NCBI GenBank assembly: GCA_964545065.1
Contig: CAZJEO010000001.1
Location: 128,663-192,662 of the forward strand
Length of the DNA stretch: 64,000 nucleotides
From: Candidatus Woesearchaeota archaeon
GTDB lineage: Archaea > Nanobdellota > Nanobdellia > Pacearchaeales > GW2011-AR1
Direction of reading: 5' to 3'
Shown: positions 26,200 to 37,130 of the stretch, in pieces
Position numbering within the stretch: the first letter of the stretch is position 1
How the letters are laid out: the number at the start of each line of letters is the position of its first letter
Notes under the pieces: model-generated
Databases searched by the model: none
Told to the model about the DNA's origin: nothing
Seen by the model: only the letters and a program-made list of their open reading frames with translations
Position numbers and translations under genes: made by a program

Positions 26200-29100
26200 T
26201 GGCAAAGAATGATAACCATTTAGTTGTGAAAAAGTATCTTGATGAACACTCTTTAGTTGAATCAAATTTGATTTCTTTTGATGATTTTATTGAGAATCGG
26301 ATGCAAGAGATTGTTAGTGAGATTTCAGATGGTATTGAGAGTGATGATTTTGAGATAACGCTTGGGAAGATAAAGGTTGGGAAGCCAAAGATTATCGAGG
26401 CTGACGGGAGTTCTTCTCCTATTCTGCCTTATGATGCGAGGATTAGAAATCTTACTTATTCTGCTCCGATAACACTTGAAATAACTGTAAAAAAAGGAGA
26501 CCAGATTGATTCTGAGGTTGTTGAAATTGGAAAGATTCCAATTATGGTTAAAAGTAAAGCATGTAATACTCACGGTATGTCAAAGGAAGACCTTGTCAAA
26601 AATTATTCTGATCCCTTAGACCCTGGAGGATATTTTATTATTAACGGGAACGAGAGAGTTATGATTATGGCTGAAGACCTTTCTGAAAACCAGCCGTTTA
26701 TTGAAACAGATTCTAAAGGGAATTTAAATTTGCGGCTTTTTTCATTGAAAGGTACATACAGGATTCCTGTGACAGTTTCTGAAAATAAAGAAGGGTTATT
26801 GGATGTTTCTTTCAGTAGGTTCAGAGATTTGCCAGCGATTGTTATTCTGAAGGCTCTTGGTTTGACTAAAGAATCTGATATTGCGAAGTATATTGGTAAG
26901 GAGACAGACAGCGTGATTGTGAACTTATATGAATTTGCTAATCTGGCTACTAAAGAAGATGCGATGATGTATATTGCAGAGAAGACGAATTTGCAGGGAA
27001 CAAAAAAAGAAATTCTTGATAGAGTTAAACAGAGAATTGATTCATATCTTTTTCCCCACATTGGGCAGAATAAAGAGGACAGAATGAGGAAAGCAATTAC
27101 GCTTTGTAAACTAATAAAACAATTTTTGATTGTGAAAGAAAATCCAGATTTGCAAACAGATAAAGACCATTATGCTAACAAACGAGTAAGATTATCTGGA
27201 GATTTATTAGCAACCCTATTCAGAGTTAATCTTGGGATTCTTATTCGTGATATCCAATACTCACTTCAGAAATCTTCAAAGAGGAAGAAGTTTTTTTCTA
27301 TTCGAATAATTGCAAAGTCAACTTTTTTCTCGCACAGAGTTGAATCAGCAATTGCTACTGGTAGCTGGACAGGGGAGAGAAGCGGAATCACGCAGAATAT
27401 GGACAAGACAAACTATCTTGCTATAATGTCCCAGCTTCAGAGAGTTTCAAGTATGCTGCCAAGCGATCAAGAAAATTTCCTTGCTCGTGCATTACATCCA
27501 ACTAACTATGGAAGATTCTGTCCTATTGAAACTCCAGAAGGAACAGAGATTGGATTAAGAAAAAATCTTGCTATCTTAAGTAAAGTTTCTACAAGGGTTG
27601 AACTTGATGAAGAAACATTTCTCAAGGAACTAGAATCAATGGGATTGGACCGAGAAGGTGTTGGAGGAACTGATATTTTTTTCAATGGAATATTTATTGG
27701 GAATATGAAAAATCCAGAAGAATTTATAGTAAAAATAAGAGAGAAAAGAAGGGACGGCAAACTTCCAATTCAGTTGAATATCAGAGACAATCGCAATTTT
27801 GAAATTATTTCTATTTCAATAGAATCAGGAAGAGTTTTAAGACCTTTGATTATTGTTGAGCAGGGGACACCAAAACTAAAGAATGAGCATTTGATTCAAC
27901 TTGAGCAAGGGGAATTGAAATGGAATGACTTATTGAAACAGGGGATAATTGAATATCTCGATGCTGCAGAAGAAGAGAATGCGCTTGTTGCGCTTTACGA
28001 GGAAGAGTTGACTCCAGAACATACTCATCTAGAGATAGATAATATTGATTTATTTGGGGTTATAACAAGTTTGGTTCCTTATGGAAATCATGACCAGAGC
28101 TCAAGACTGAACAGGGGAAGTAAGACGCAAAAGCAGGCACTTGGTTTGTATGCTGCTAATTATCATTGTAGGCTGGACACAGATGTTTCAATTCTACAGT
28201 ACCCGCAGAAACCAATTGTTCAAAGTTTTGTTTATGATACTCTTGATATTTATCCTGCTGGGCAGAATCTTACAGTAGCTATTATGACTTATGAAGGGTA
28301 TAACATGGAAGACGCTTTAGTTTTTAACAAAGGTTCTTTGGATCGGGGTGTTGGAAGAAGTTTTTATTTTCGTCCTTATAGCGCAGTTGAAATGAATTAT
28401 GCTGGAGGATTGAAAGACGAGATAGCTATTCCAGAGAAAGATGCTTCTGGTTACAAGATGGAATCTAGTTATAGGCTTTTGGAAAATGATGGGATCATTT
28501 ATCCAGAGGCAAATATTGATGAGGGAGATGTGCTTATTGGAAAAATGTCGCCACCGAAGTTTCTTTCAGAAGTGAGGGAAATTTCTGTTAAGACAAAAAA
28601 GGAATCAAGCGTTACTATGAGACAAGAGGAAAAGGGAATTGTCGATGCTGTTTTTGTTACAGAAGATAGCGAGGGAAACAAAATTGTGCAGGTTAAAACG
28701 AGAGATTTAAGGATCCCTGAATTAGGAGATAAATTTGCTACTTCACACGGACAGAAGGGTGTTATTGGACTGATAGTTCCAGAGAGTGATGTTCCATTTA
28801 CCTCAAGAGGAGTCAAGCCAGATATTCTCTTTAATCCGCATGGACTTCCAAGCAGGATGACTGTGGGGTATTTGCTTGAGCTTTTAGCTGGGAAGGTTGG
28901 ATGTTTGAAAGGAGAAATAGTTGATGGAACTTCGTTTTCTGGGAAAGGAAAAAGAGAACTTGAAGACCAGCTTAAGCAACTTGGATTCAGTTATGATGGA
29001 AAGGAAACAATGTATAATGGGATTACTGGCAAAAGAATGCAAGCGAAAATATTTGTGGGAAATCTTTATTATCTGAAATTGAAGTATATGGTTGGAAACA

Positions 29101-29456
29101 AAATGCACGGAAGGGCATCTGGAAAGGTTGCGCTTTTGACAAGGCAGCCAATTGAAGGTCGATCAAGAGGTGGAGCATTGCGATTAGGAGAAATGGAACA
29201 GCAAGCATTAGTTGCCCACGGTGCTTCGTTGCTTTTGAAAGAAAGATATGATTCGGACAAGGTTGTTCTTCCGATTTGTACTGAATGTGGAAGCATTGGT
29301 ATTGACGATAATATTCGAGATAAAGTAATTTGTCCTGTCTGCAACAGCGAAGACATTGAACCAGTTGAAGTTTCATATGCTTTCAAGTTACTCTTAGAAG
29401 AATTGCAAGGATTGCATATTCATACTGATTTAAAATTGAAGAATAAATATGAATAA
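26196..29456 (+). CDS. rpoB: DNA-directed RNA polymerase subunit B (unsplit)
   Basis: 1086 aa with conserved Rpb2 motifs including a C-terminal zinc ribbon (CTECG...CPVC). Confidence 0.95.
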   Translation: MMAKNDNHLVVKKYLDEHSLVESNLISFDDFIENRMQEIVSEISDGIESDDFEITLGKIKVGKPKIIEADGSSSPILPYDARIRNLTYSAPITLEITVKKGDQIDSEVVEIGKIPIMVKSKACNTHGMSKEDLVKNYSDPLDPGGYFIINGNERVMIMAEDLSENQPFIETDSKGNLNLRLFSLKGTYRIPVTVSENKEGLLDVSFSRFRDLPAIVILKALGLTKESDIAKYIGKETDSVIVNLYEFANLATKEDAMMYIAEKTNLQGTKKEILDRVKQRIDSYLFPHIGQNKEDRMRKAITLCKLIKQFLIVKENPDLQTDKDHYANKRVRLSGDLLATLFRVNLGILIRDIQYSLQKSSKRKKFFSIRIIAKSTFFSHRVESAIATGSWTGERSGITQNMDKTNYLAIMSQLQRVSSMLPSDQENFLARALHPTNYGRFCPIETPEGTEIGLRKNLAILSKVSTRVELDEETFLKELESMGLDREGVGGTDIFFNGIFIGNMKNPEEFIVKIREKRRDGKLPIQLNIRDNRNFEIISISIESGRVLRPLIIVEQGTPKLKNEHLIQLEQGELKWNDLLKQGIIEYLDAAEEENALVALYEEELTPEHTHLEIDNIDLFGVITSLVPYGNHDQSSRLNRGSKTQKQALGLYAANYHCRLDTDVSILQYPQKPIVQSFVYDTLDIYPAGQNLTVAIMTYEGYNMEDALVFNKGSLDRGVGRSFYFRPYSAVEMNYAGGLKDEIAIPEKDASGYKMESSYRLLENDGIIYPEANIDEGDVLIGKMSPPKFLSEVREISVKTKKESSVTMRQEEKGIVDAVFVTEDSEGNKIVQVKTRDLRIPELGDKFATSHGQKGVIGLIVPESDVPFTSRGVKPDILFNPHGLPSRMTVGYLLELLAGKVGCLKGEIVDGTSFSGKGKRELEDQLKQLGFSYDGKETMYNGITGKRMQAKIFVGNLYYLKLKYMVGNKMHGRASGKVALLTRQPIEGRSRGGALRLGEMEQQALVAHGASLLLKERYDSDKVVLPICTECGSIGIDDNIRDKVICPVCNSEDIEPVEVSYAFKLLLEELQGLHIHTDLKLKNKYE

Positions 29457-29472
29457 CCAGAGGTCATAAATA

Positions 29473-32400
29473 ATGGAACATAAACCAATTAGAAAAAAAA
29501 TCGGGGAAATAGGATTTTCATTGCTTAGTCCGGAGATTGTTAAGAAAATTTCTGTTGCAAAGATTGTGACACCTGAGTTGTATAATATTGATGGCTACCC
29601 TGTTGATGGTGGATTGATGGATTTACGATTAGGTGCAATTGACCCAGGGGTTAGATGTAGGACTTGTGGTGGAAGACTGAAAGAGTGTTTGGGGCATCCT
29701 GGAAGCATTGACTTGGCTCGTTCAATAATCCATCTAAAATATGTTCCTCTTATTGAACTTGGGCTTAGGTGCTTCTGTAAAGAATGTGGAAAGCTTATGC
29801 TAACTGATAAATTTTTAGAAAAATATTTGCCTAGTGAAAGAGCAAAAAAAGCTAAGGATGCACGAAAATGTCCGCATTGTGGTATTGCTAATGAGAAAGT
29901 AAAATTAGACAAGCCGACAAGTTTTTTTGTTGGAAAGAAAAGGCTTTTTCCGACGGAAATTAGAGAAATTCTTGCAAAGATTCCTGATGAAGAATTTAAA
30001 AAAATCGGTGTTGATCCTCAGACATGCAGACCAGAATGGGCGATTCTTACTGTGCTTTTAGTTCCTCCTGTAACTGTCAGACCCAGTATTATCCTTGAAA
30101 CAGGGGAGAGGAGCGAGGATGACTTAACACATAAGCTTTCTGATATAATTAGAGCTAACCAGAGACTTTGGGAAAATTTAAATGCAGGTGCACCAGAAGT
30201 CATTATTGAAGACTTGTGGGATTTATTGCAATTTCACATTACAACTTTCTTTGATAACACTGTTACAAGAATTCCTCCAGCTAGGCATCGTTCAGGACAG
30301 CCGCTTAAAACAATTACAGAAAGAATTAAGGGTAAGGAAGGTAGGATTAGGAAGAACTTGGCAGGTAAAAGAGTTAATTATTCTGGTAGAACTGTTATTT
30401 CGCCTGACCCCTCAATACAACTTAATGAAGTTGGAATCCCGTATGAGATTGCGAAAGTTGTTACTGTCTCTGAAAGTGTTACTGATCTGAATCTTAAAAG
30501 ATTGAAGAAACTAGTTGAGAAAGGAGAAGAATATCCTGGTGCGAATTATATTATTCGGTCTGATGGGAAGAGAAAGAAAATTACTCCTGAACTTAAAGAA
30601 GAGATAATTAATGAACTTATTCCTGGTTATAAGATTGAACGACATTTGCAAGATGGGGACATTGTGCTTTTCAATCGGCATCCAAGTCTTCACAGGGGAA
30701 GTTTGATGGCGCACTTTGTTAGAGTTCTTCCTGGAAGGACTTTTAGATTACATCCTTCTGTTTGCATCCCCTATAATGCTGACTTTGACGGGGATGAGAT
30801 GAATATTCACTCTCCGCAGAATGAGGAAGCACGGGCAGAGGCGAAGATTCTTTTGGATGTGAAAGAAAATATTATTTCACCCAAGAATAATTCTAATCTT
30901 ATTGGATGTATTGCTGATGCAATTACTGGAAATTATCTTTTAGGAGAAGATGAAATTATTGGAGATTATGCGAATCAACTATTTTTCAAATCAGGAATAA
31001 AAGCGCACACTACAAAAAAGACAATTACTGGATTGGAAATTCTTTCAGAGATTTTGCCAAAGATTAATTTTTCAAATGGTTCTATTTCAATTAAAGATGG
31101 GAAAATTATTAAGGGTAAGGTTGATAAAAGTGTTTTTGCTGCTGAAGATGGTGAATTAATTAAGGAATTGGACAAGGTTGTTGGAAGGGATGAAACTTTT
31201 GATACAATAAAGAAGGCCTTTAATCTTGGAACTAACTATCTTTCTGATAGGGGTATTACAATTTCTCTTGAAGATTTGGATCTTGATCAGAGTGTTGTTG
31301 ACGAGGGATATGAGATTGTTAAAAAAGCCGAGAAGAAAACAGAAGAAATAATTGAATTATATGAGAAAGGGGAGCTTGAAAGGATTCCTGGAAAAAGTGA
31401 AGAAGAATCTCGGGAAATTGGAATTCTTCAGATTTTAAATGAAGTCAGGACAAAGATTGGGGAGATTGTTAAGGAGAAGTTCCCTAAAAATAATCCTGTA
31501 AGTTATATGATAAAATCTGGGGGTGGAGGAAATATTTTGAATATTACACAAATGGCTTGTTGTGTTGGACAGCAGGCGATGGGAGGTAAGAGAATTGAAA
31601 TTGGTTATAATGATAGAACTTTATCCTTCTTCAAGAAAAAAGATTTATCTCCAAAAGCAAGAGGATTTATTAAAAGTTCTTTTATCCGTGGCTTGAGACC
31701 TGATGAATTTTTCTTTGGTGCAATAACAGGAAGAGATAGTCTTATGGATACTGCGTTGAGAACTCCGAAGTCAGGATATTTGTATAGAAGACTTGCAAAT
31801 GCATTACAGGATTTGAGAGTTGAATATGATGGAACAATAAGAGATAGTAATAATAATATAATTCAGTTTATTTATGGGGACGACGGATTAGATGTTTCTA
31901 GGTTACATACTAAAAAGAAACTTGATGCAGGTGAATCTATTGGGATTATTACTGCGCAGTCTTTTGGTGAACCTTCAACACAGATGGCATTGAATGTTTT
32001 CCACTTTGCTGGTGTTCAAGAAATGCAGGTTACTATGGGTCTTCCGAGATTAATTGAGGTTTTTGATGCAAGGAAAAAGCCTTCTTCTCCGAAGATGGAA
32101 ATTTATTTGAATAAGAATTATGATAATGAAAAAGAAGCCAGGATTCTTGCTGAGAAAATTAAGGAAGTTACATTGAAGGAAATAGCGTCGGAGATTAACC
32201 TTGACTTTAGCAGCAAGTCAATTGAAATTAAGATTGACAAAAAAGGCCTTAAACAAACTCACACTTCAGTAAAGAAAGTTGTTGAAAGATTAAATGATCT
32301 TGGTTTTTCAGCTAAAGAAAAAGTAGATGCTATCACTTTGAATGCTGCTGAATTTAATTTTAAGGAGATTTATCAGCTTAAGGAAAAGTTGAAGAAAACA

Positions 32401-32964
32401 ATTATTTCGGGGGTTAAGGGTGTCCAACAAGTTTTGATTGTTAAGAGAGATAAGAATTTCGTGATTATTACTCTTGGTACAAATTTGAAAGAGCTTATTT
32501 TGTTTAAGGAAGTTGATCCAGACAAAACTATTTCAAATGACTTGTATGAAGTTGCGAAGGTTTTTGGAATTGAGGTTGCACGGCAGTTGATAATCGATGA
32601 GATTTATACTGTTATTAATACTCAAGGATTGGACATTGACATAAGGCACTTGAAGTTGGTTTCTGATGCCATGACTAACACGGGGGATATTAAGGGTGTG
32701 ACAAGGATGGGAATTATCTCTCAGAAGTCTTCGATTTTAGCCAGGGCGACTTTTGAAACTCCTGAAAAACAATTTGTTAATGCTACAATAAAAGGAAGCC
32801 GGGATAAATTGGCTAGTGTTATTGAAAATATAATTTTGAATCAACCTATACCTGTTGGAACTGGACTTCCTGGTTTGTTGGTTAAAGTTGTTGGTGATTT
32901 GACTAAGAAAGATTCTGAAAAGAAAACAGCTGAGAAGAAAGTTGTTGAGAAAGCTAATAAATAA
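29473..32964 (+). CDS. rpoA: DNA-directed RNA polymerase subunit A, apparently unsplit (A' and A'' regions in one ORF)
   Basis: N-terminal zinc ribbons, NADFDGDEMN catalytic loop, bridge helix (SGYLYRRLANALQDL) and trigger loop (GEPSTQMALNVFHFAG) are contiguous with no stop. Confidence 0.9.
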   Translation: MEHKPIRKKIGEIGFSLLSPEIVKKISVAKIVTPELYNIDGYPVDGGLMDLRLGAIDPGVRCRTCGGRLKECLGHPGSIDLARSIIHLKYVPLIELGLRCFCKECGKLMLTDKFLEKYLPSERAKKAKDARKCPHCGIANEKVKLDKPTSFFVGKKRLFPTEIREILAKIPDEEFKKIGVDPQTCRPEWAILTVLLVPPVTVRPSIILETGERSEDDLTHKLSDIIRANQRLWENLNAGAPEVIIEDLWDLLQFHITTFFDNTVTRIPPARHRSGQPLKTITERIKGKEGRIRKNLAGKRVNYSGRTVISPDPSIQLNEVGIPYEIAKVVTVSESVTDLNLKRLKKLVEKGEEYPGANYIIRSDGKRKKITPELKEEIINELIPGYKIERHLQDGDIVLFNRHPSLHRGSLMAHFVRVLPGRTFRLHPSVCIPYNADFDGDEMNIHSPQNEEARAEAKILLDVKENIISPKNNSNLIGCIADAITGNYLLGEDEIIGDYANQLFFKSGIKAHTTKKTITGLEILSEILPKINFSNGSISIKDGKIIKGKVDKSVFAAEDGELIKELDKVVGRDETFDTIKKAFNLGTNYLSDRGITISLEDLDLDQSVVDEGYEIVKKAEKKTEEIIELYEKGELERIPGKSEEESREIGILQILNEVRTKIGEIVKEKFPKNNPVSYMIKSGGGGNILNITQMACCVGQQAMGGKRIEIGYNDRTLSFFKKKDLSPKARGFIKSSFIRGLRPDEFFFGAITGRDSLMDTALRTPKSGYLYRRLANALQDLRVEYDGTIRDSNNNIIQFIYGDDGLDVSRLHTKKKLDAGESIGIITAQSFGEPSTQMALNVFHFAGVQEMQVTMGLPRLIEVFDARKKPSSPKMEIYLNKNYDNEKEARILAEKIKEVTLKEIASEINLDFSSKSIEIKIDKKGLKQTHTSVKKVVERLNDLGFSAKEKVDAITLNAAEFNFKEIYQLKEKLKKTIISGVKGVQQVLIVKRDKNFVIITLGTNLKELILFKEVDPDKTISNDLYEVAKVFGIEVARQLIIDEIYTVINTQGLDIDIRHLKLVSDAMTNTGDIKGVTRMGIISQKSSILARATFETPEKQFVNATIKGSRDKLASVIENIILNQPIPVGTGLPGLLVKVVGDLTKKDSEKKTAEKKVVEKANK

Positions 32965-33086
32965 ATCCCCAATAAGTTTATAAAATGATTAATTCTTCAA
33001 GAAATATAAAAGATGGAAATGAAAAATAGGAAATTTTGCATGGATACAAAATCAGGAGATTTTGCATAATGGTGAACACGATAAAC

Positions 33087-33536
33087 ATGCAGGACATGAG
33101 ATACCTTAATTTATTTGGTAGGGTTACTCAAGTTAATACGCGGTTTTGTTTTAAGTACAATGAGGGACTTGTTTTTTGTGTTCCAAAGCCAATGATTTTC
33201 AAAGCTGTTGGAAAAGGTGCAAGCAATATTAGAAAATTAAATGAAATTCTCGGAAAGAAAATAAAAATTATTGCAAGTCCGCGAGGAATTGAAGATGCTA
33301 AATCTTTTATTGAAAGTATTGTAAAACCAGTTACATTTAAGGGTTTGGAAGTTAAGGATAATACCCAAACGGGCATACCCAAGGAGGGCACGAGAACCTC
33401 TAACGAGGCAAGTGAAATTGTACTTACTGCAGGAATGCAGAGTAAGGCGGCTTTGATTGGCAGGAATAAGAGAAGGCTTTTAGAGATGCAAAAAATTGTT
33501 CATGATTTTTTTGGGAAAGAGTTTCGGATTATTTAG
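33087..33536 (+). CDS. nusA: archaeal NusA-like KH-domain transcription factor
   Basis: Two KH-type GxxG regions (AVGKGASNIRKL, ALIGRNKRRL) and the conserved position after rpoA. Exact start uncertain (candidate ATGs at 33069 and 33087). Confidence 0.6.
   Translation: MQDMRYLNLFGRVTQVNTRFCFKYNEGLVFCVPKPMIFKAVGKGASNIRKLNEILGKKIKIIASPRGIEDAKSFIESIVKPVTFKGLEVKDNTQTGIPKEGTRTSNEASEIVLTAGMQSKAALIGRNKRRLLEMQKIVHDFFGKEFRII
33371..33399. repeat. 29-nt repeat copy inside nusA (GGGCATACCCAAGGAGGGCACGAGAACCT)
   Basis: 27/29 match to 2854-2882. In-frame, encoding GIPKEGTRTS in the inter-KH region. Confidence 0.6.
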
Positions 33537-33585
33537 ATAGCAGGAAACATTTAAAAATCAATTTTTCAATTAGTTTATATCAAAC

Positions 33586-34008
33586 ATGGGATTAAAATCT
33601 GCTAAAAGTTTAGCGAACAAAAGGAAAAAGTTTAGATGGAAAAGTAAGAAGTATAAAGTGAGAGCTTTGGGTCTTTATGCTAAATCTGATCCGTTGGAAG
33701 GTGCTAATCAAGCGAAAGGAATTGTTTTACAAAAAGTTCAAAAAGAAGCAAAGCAGCCAAACTCTGCTATGAGAAAATGTTGCAGGGTTCAGTTGACAAA
33801 AAATGGGAAGCAGGTTACTGCGTTTATTCCTGGAAATCTTGCGCAGAAATTTATTGATGAGCACGATGAAGTCATGATTGAAAGAATTGGTGGTAAACAA
33901 GGAAAGAGTATGGGAGATATTCCTGGTGTGAGATTCAAAGTCCTTAAAGTAAATGATCAACCTTTAGCTAGACTTGTTAAAGGAAAGATTGAGAAGGGAA
34001 GAAGATAA
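33586..34008 (+). CDS. rps12: ribosomal protein uS12
   Basis: [18 protein letters not shown] motif. Confidence 0.9.
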   Translation: MGLKSAKSLANKRKKFRWKSKKYKVRALGLYAKSDPLEGANQAKGIVLQKVQKEAKQPNSAMRKCCRVQLTKNGKQVTAFIPGNLAQKFIDEHDEVMIERIGGKQGKSMGDIPGVRFKVLKVNDQPLARLVKGKIEKGRR

Positions 34009-34622
34009 TGGTAGAAGAAAATAAAATAAACAACTTCAAGATATTTGACTTGTATGATATTTCAGAGATTGTTGTGAAAGACCCTGCTTTGAAGACTATT
34101 ATAAATCTTCAGCCTAAATTGATTTTGAAAAGTCATGGACGATATGCTCAAAAGTTTGGTTCTGTGAAAGTTAATATTGTTGAGAGATTGATGAATAGGA
34201 TTGGAATTTCTGGGCATCGAGGAAAGAAACATAAGATTGCAAAAGGAAGAGCGACAGGAAAATATTCAAAGAACATGAAAATTGTTTTAGATGCATTTAA
34301 GATTATTGAAAAGAAAACAGAAAAGAATCCTGTTGAGGTTTTTGTTCAAGCAATTGAAAGTACTGCACCGAGAGATGAGATTACTGTTATTGAATATGGT
34401 GGAGCAAGATATCCTCAGGCTGTTGATGTATCCCCCTTGAGAAGGGTTAATTTGGCTTTGAGATGGATTACTCAAGGTGCATCTGATAAATCTTTTAATA
34501 AAAAGAAAAACATTGTTGAAGCACTTGCCGAGGAAATAATGTTGGCAGCAGAAAGCAATGGTGAAAGTTTTGCGTATAAGAAAAAGAACGAATCAGAGAA
34601 GCAGGCTGATAGTGCTCGATAG
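34008..34622 (+). CDS. rps7: ribosomal protein uS7
   Basis: Conserved S7 sequence and position after S12. Confidence 0.9.
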   Translation: MVEENKINNFKIFDLYDISEIVVKDPALKTIINLQPKLILKSHGRYAQKFGSVKVNIVERLMNRIGISGHRGKKHKIAKGRATGKYSKNMKIVLDAFKIIEKKTEKNPVEVFVQAIESTAPRDEITVIEYGGARYPQAVDVSPLRRVNLALRWITQGASDKSFNKKKNIVEALAEEIMLAAESNGESFAYKKKNESEKQADSAR

Positions 34623-34676
34623 TTCTATATATTAAATTGTAATTAAATTTAAATAAGGTTCTTAAGATAAAAACAT

Positions 34677-34895
34677 ATGTCAAAACTTCAGAAAAGGTTT
34701 GCAAGTGAACTTGCTAAAGAAAAATTAAGGCAAAGAATTGTTAATCAGGAGCAAAGATTTCATGATGCTATGTTTTTATATCCTGATGAAGAACTACAAG
34801 AACAAAGGAAGAGGGACCAAATAAAAAGAGAAAAAGAAAAGGGAAAATATGATATAAGAAATGGACCGCGCCAACCTTACCATTATTTGCATTAA
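34677..34895 (+). CDS. small basic hypothetical protein
   Basis: 72-aa ORF between S7 and EF-2. Confidence 0.3.
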   Translation: MSKLQKRFASELAKEKLRQRIVNQEQRFHDAMFLYPDEELQEQRKRDQIKREKEKGKYDIRNGPRQPYHYLH

Positions 34896-34955
34896 TTCTA
34901 AGATAATAGTCTCCAGAAGTTTTAAAAACTAATTTCATTATGATTAATTATTCTA

Positions 34956-37121
34956 TTGTTAAAGATGGCAGAAAAAGATATAGCTAAATTAATGAAACAG
35001 CAAGATCATATTAGAAATATAGCGATTGCTGCGCACATTGACCACGGTAAAACAACTTTCTCAGATAACTTGCTTGCTGGTGCTGGAATGCTTTCTGAAG
35101 AGATTGCAGGAAAACAAAGGGCTTTGGATTTTCACGAAGATGAAGCTACTCGAGGAATTACAATTGATTCTGCTTCTGTTTCAATGATTCACAATATTGG
35201 TGGAGAAGATTACTTGATTAATTTAATTGATACTCCTGGACACGTGGACTTTGGGGGAGACGTTACAAGGGCCATGAGGGCTGTTGATGGCTGTGTTATC
35301 TTGACTTGTGCTGTTGAAGGGGTTATGCCTCAAACAGAAACTGTTGTTAGACAAGCGTTGAAAGAATTAGTGAAGCCCGTTCTTTTCATAAACAAAGTTG
35401 ACAGATTGATTAAGGAAGTTAAGTTGACTCCAGAAGAAATGGAAAAGAAATTTGTGAAAATTATAAATCATGTTAATGAACTTATTGAGAACATTGCGCC
35501 AGAAGGTTACAAAGAAAAATGGAAGGTTGGTGTAGGCGAGGGGACAGTTGCATTTGGAAGTGCTTTTCATAATTGGGCTTTGAGTTTTCCTTGGATGAAG
35601 GAAAAAGGTTTGACTTTCAAAGATGTTATTGATGCTTATCAAAATGATACTTACAAAGAACTTGCAAAAAAAGCTCCATTGCACGAAGTTATTTTGGCTA
35701 TGAGTGTTGAACATCATCCGAATCCTGTTGATGCTCAGAAGTACAGGATTCCAAAAATCTGGCATGGAGAAATTGATTCTGAATTGGGAAAAGATTTGAC
35801 ATCTTGTAATCCAAAAGGACAACCTGCTTTTGTTCCGATTAAAATTGTCGTTGACAAACACGCTGGAGAAGTTGCGGGTGGAAGATTATTTTCTGGAACT
35901 TTGAAACAAGGCGATGAAGTTTATATGAATCTTTCAAAAAAGACTGTGAGAGTTCAGCAAGTTTCTGTTTACAAGGGTGCGCAGAGAGTAATTGTCGATG
36001 AGGTTTCTGCAGGAAATATTATTGGAGTTGTAGGTTTGAAAGATGTGTTCACAGGAGAAACTGTGAGTAGAACTCCAATAGAACCTTTTGAAGCAATCAA
36101 GCATCTTTTTGATCCTGTTGTTACAAAATCAATTGAGACTAAAAAAGCTGCAGACTTGCCAAAGCTTGTAGAAGTCCTGAAACAAATTGGTAAGGAAGAT
36201 CCTTCTATCAAAGTTGAAATTAATGAGCAGACAGGGGAGAGTTTGATTTCTGGAATGGGAGAGTTGCATTTAGAAATTATAGAAAATAGAATTAAGACCG
36301 AAAAGGAATTGGATGTTAATACTTCTGCTCCGATTATTGTTTATCGAGAAACTGTGAATAAAGAATCTGATGTTTTTGAAGGAAGAAGTCCAAATAAACA
36401 TAATAGTTTTTTCATTAGGGTTGAACCTTTGGAAGATGATGTTTACAATGCGATTAAAGAAGGTAACATACCTGAAATTAGAATTAAAAAGAAAAATGAA
36501 GAAGTTGCTAAGAGATTTGCTGAGTTAGGATGGAGTGGTGATGATATTAGAAATATTCGAGATATTTACCAGGGAAATGTTTTCATGGATGAGACTCGGG
36601 GGGAAGTTCATATGGTTGAAGTAATTGAAATGATATTGGATGCTTTTGAAATGGTGATGAAAGCAGGTCCTTTAGCTAGAGAACCGTGTACAAAAATGAA
36701 AATTTCGATAGAAGATATTAAACTTCACGAAGATGCGATTCATCGTGGTCCTGCTCAGGTTTATCCTGCTGTTAGAGAAGCGATTACAGGTGCTATGCAT
36801 AAAGCAAATGCTTCACTTTTAGAACCCTTGCAAATTCATGTTATTGAATCTCCTGAGAAGTTTATGAGTGCTGTTACAAAACTTGTTGGTGGAAAGCGAG
36901 GACAGTTACTTGAAGTTAAACAAGAATCTGGAAGTTCAGAAGTTAGGGCAAAGCTTCCTGTTGCAGAAATGATTGGATGGAGTAATGATTTGCGTTCAGC
37001 GACAGAAGGTCGAGGTGTAAGCTCATTAGCTGATCAGCTTTTTGAAAAAGTTCCTACAAGTTTACAAGAAGATATTATTAGGAAGATTAGAGAGAGGAAG
37101 GGTTTGGCGGAGAATCAGTAA
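34956..37121 (+). CDS. fusA: elongation factor 2 (aEF-2)
   Basis: AHIDHGKTT G-domain. Diphthamide-region His in AIHRGPAQ. Confidence 0.95.
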   Translation: MLKMAEKDIAKLMKQQDHIRNIAIAAHIDHGKTTFSDNLLAGAGMLSEEIAGKQRALDFHEDEATRGITIDSASVSMIHNIGGEDYLINLIDTPGHVDFGGDVTRAMRAVDGCVILTCAVEGVMPQTETVVRQALKELVKPVLFINKVDRLIKEVKLTPEEMEKKFVKIINHVNELIENIAPEGYKEKWKVGVGEGTVAFGSAFHNWALSFPWMKEKGLTFKDVIDAYQNDTYKELAKKAPLHEVILAMSVEHHPNPVDAQKYRIPKIWHGEIDSELGKDLTSCNPKGQPAFVPIKIVVDKHAGEVAGGRLFSGTLKQGDEVYMNLSKKTVRVQQVSVYKGAQRVIVDEVSAGNIIGVVGLKDVFTGETVSRTPIEPFEAIKHLFDPVVTKSIETKKAADLPKLVEVLKQIGKEDPSIKVEINEQTGESLISGMGELHLEIIENRIKTEKELDVNTSAPIIVYRETVNKESDVFEGRSPNKHNSFFIRVEPLEDDVYNAIKEGNIPEIRIKKKNEEVAKRFAELGWSGDDIRNIRDIYQGNVFMDETRGEVHMVEVIEMILDAFEMVMKAGPLAREPCTKMKISIEDIKLHEDAIHRGPAQVYPAVREAITGAMHKANASLLEPLQIHVIESPEKFMSAVTKLVGGKRGQLLEVKQESGSSEVRAKLPVAEMIGWSNDLRSATEGRGVSSLADQLFEKVPTSLQEDIIRKIRERKGLAENQ

Positions 37122-37130
37122 TTTTATCTG

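Noticed and set aside
26325-32000. Multiple 60-150-aa antisense or alternate-frame ORFs inside rpoB/rpoA (for example 26603-27061, 29023-29386, 29595-29912)
   Set aside because: They are embedded in highly conserved RNA polymerase coding sequence. They have no motifs and low-complexity translations.
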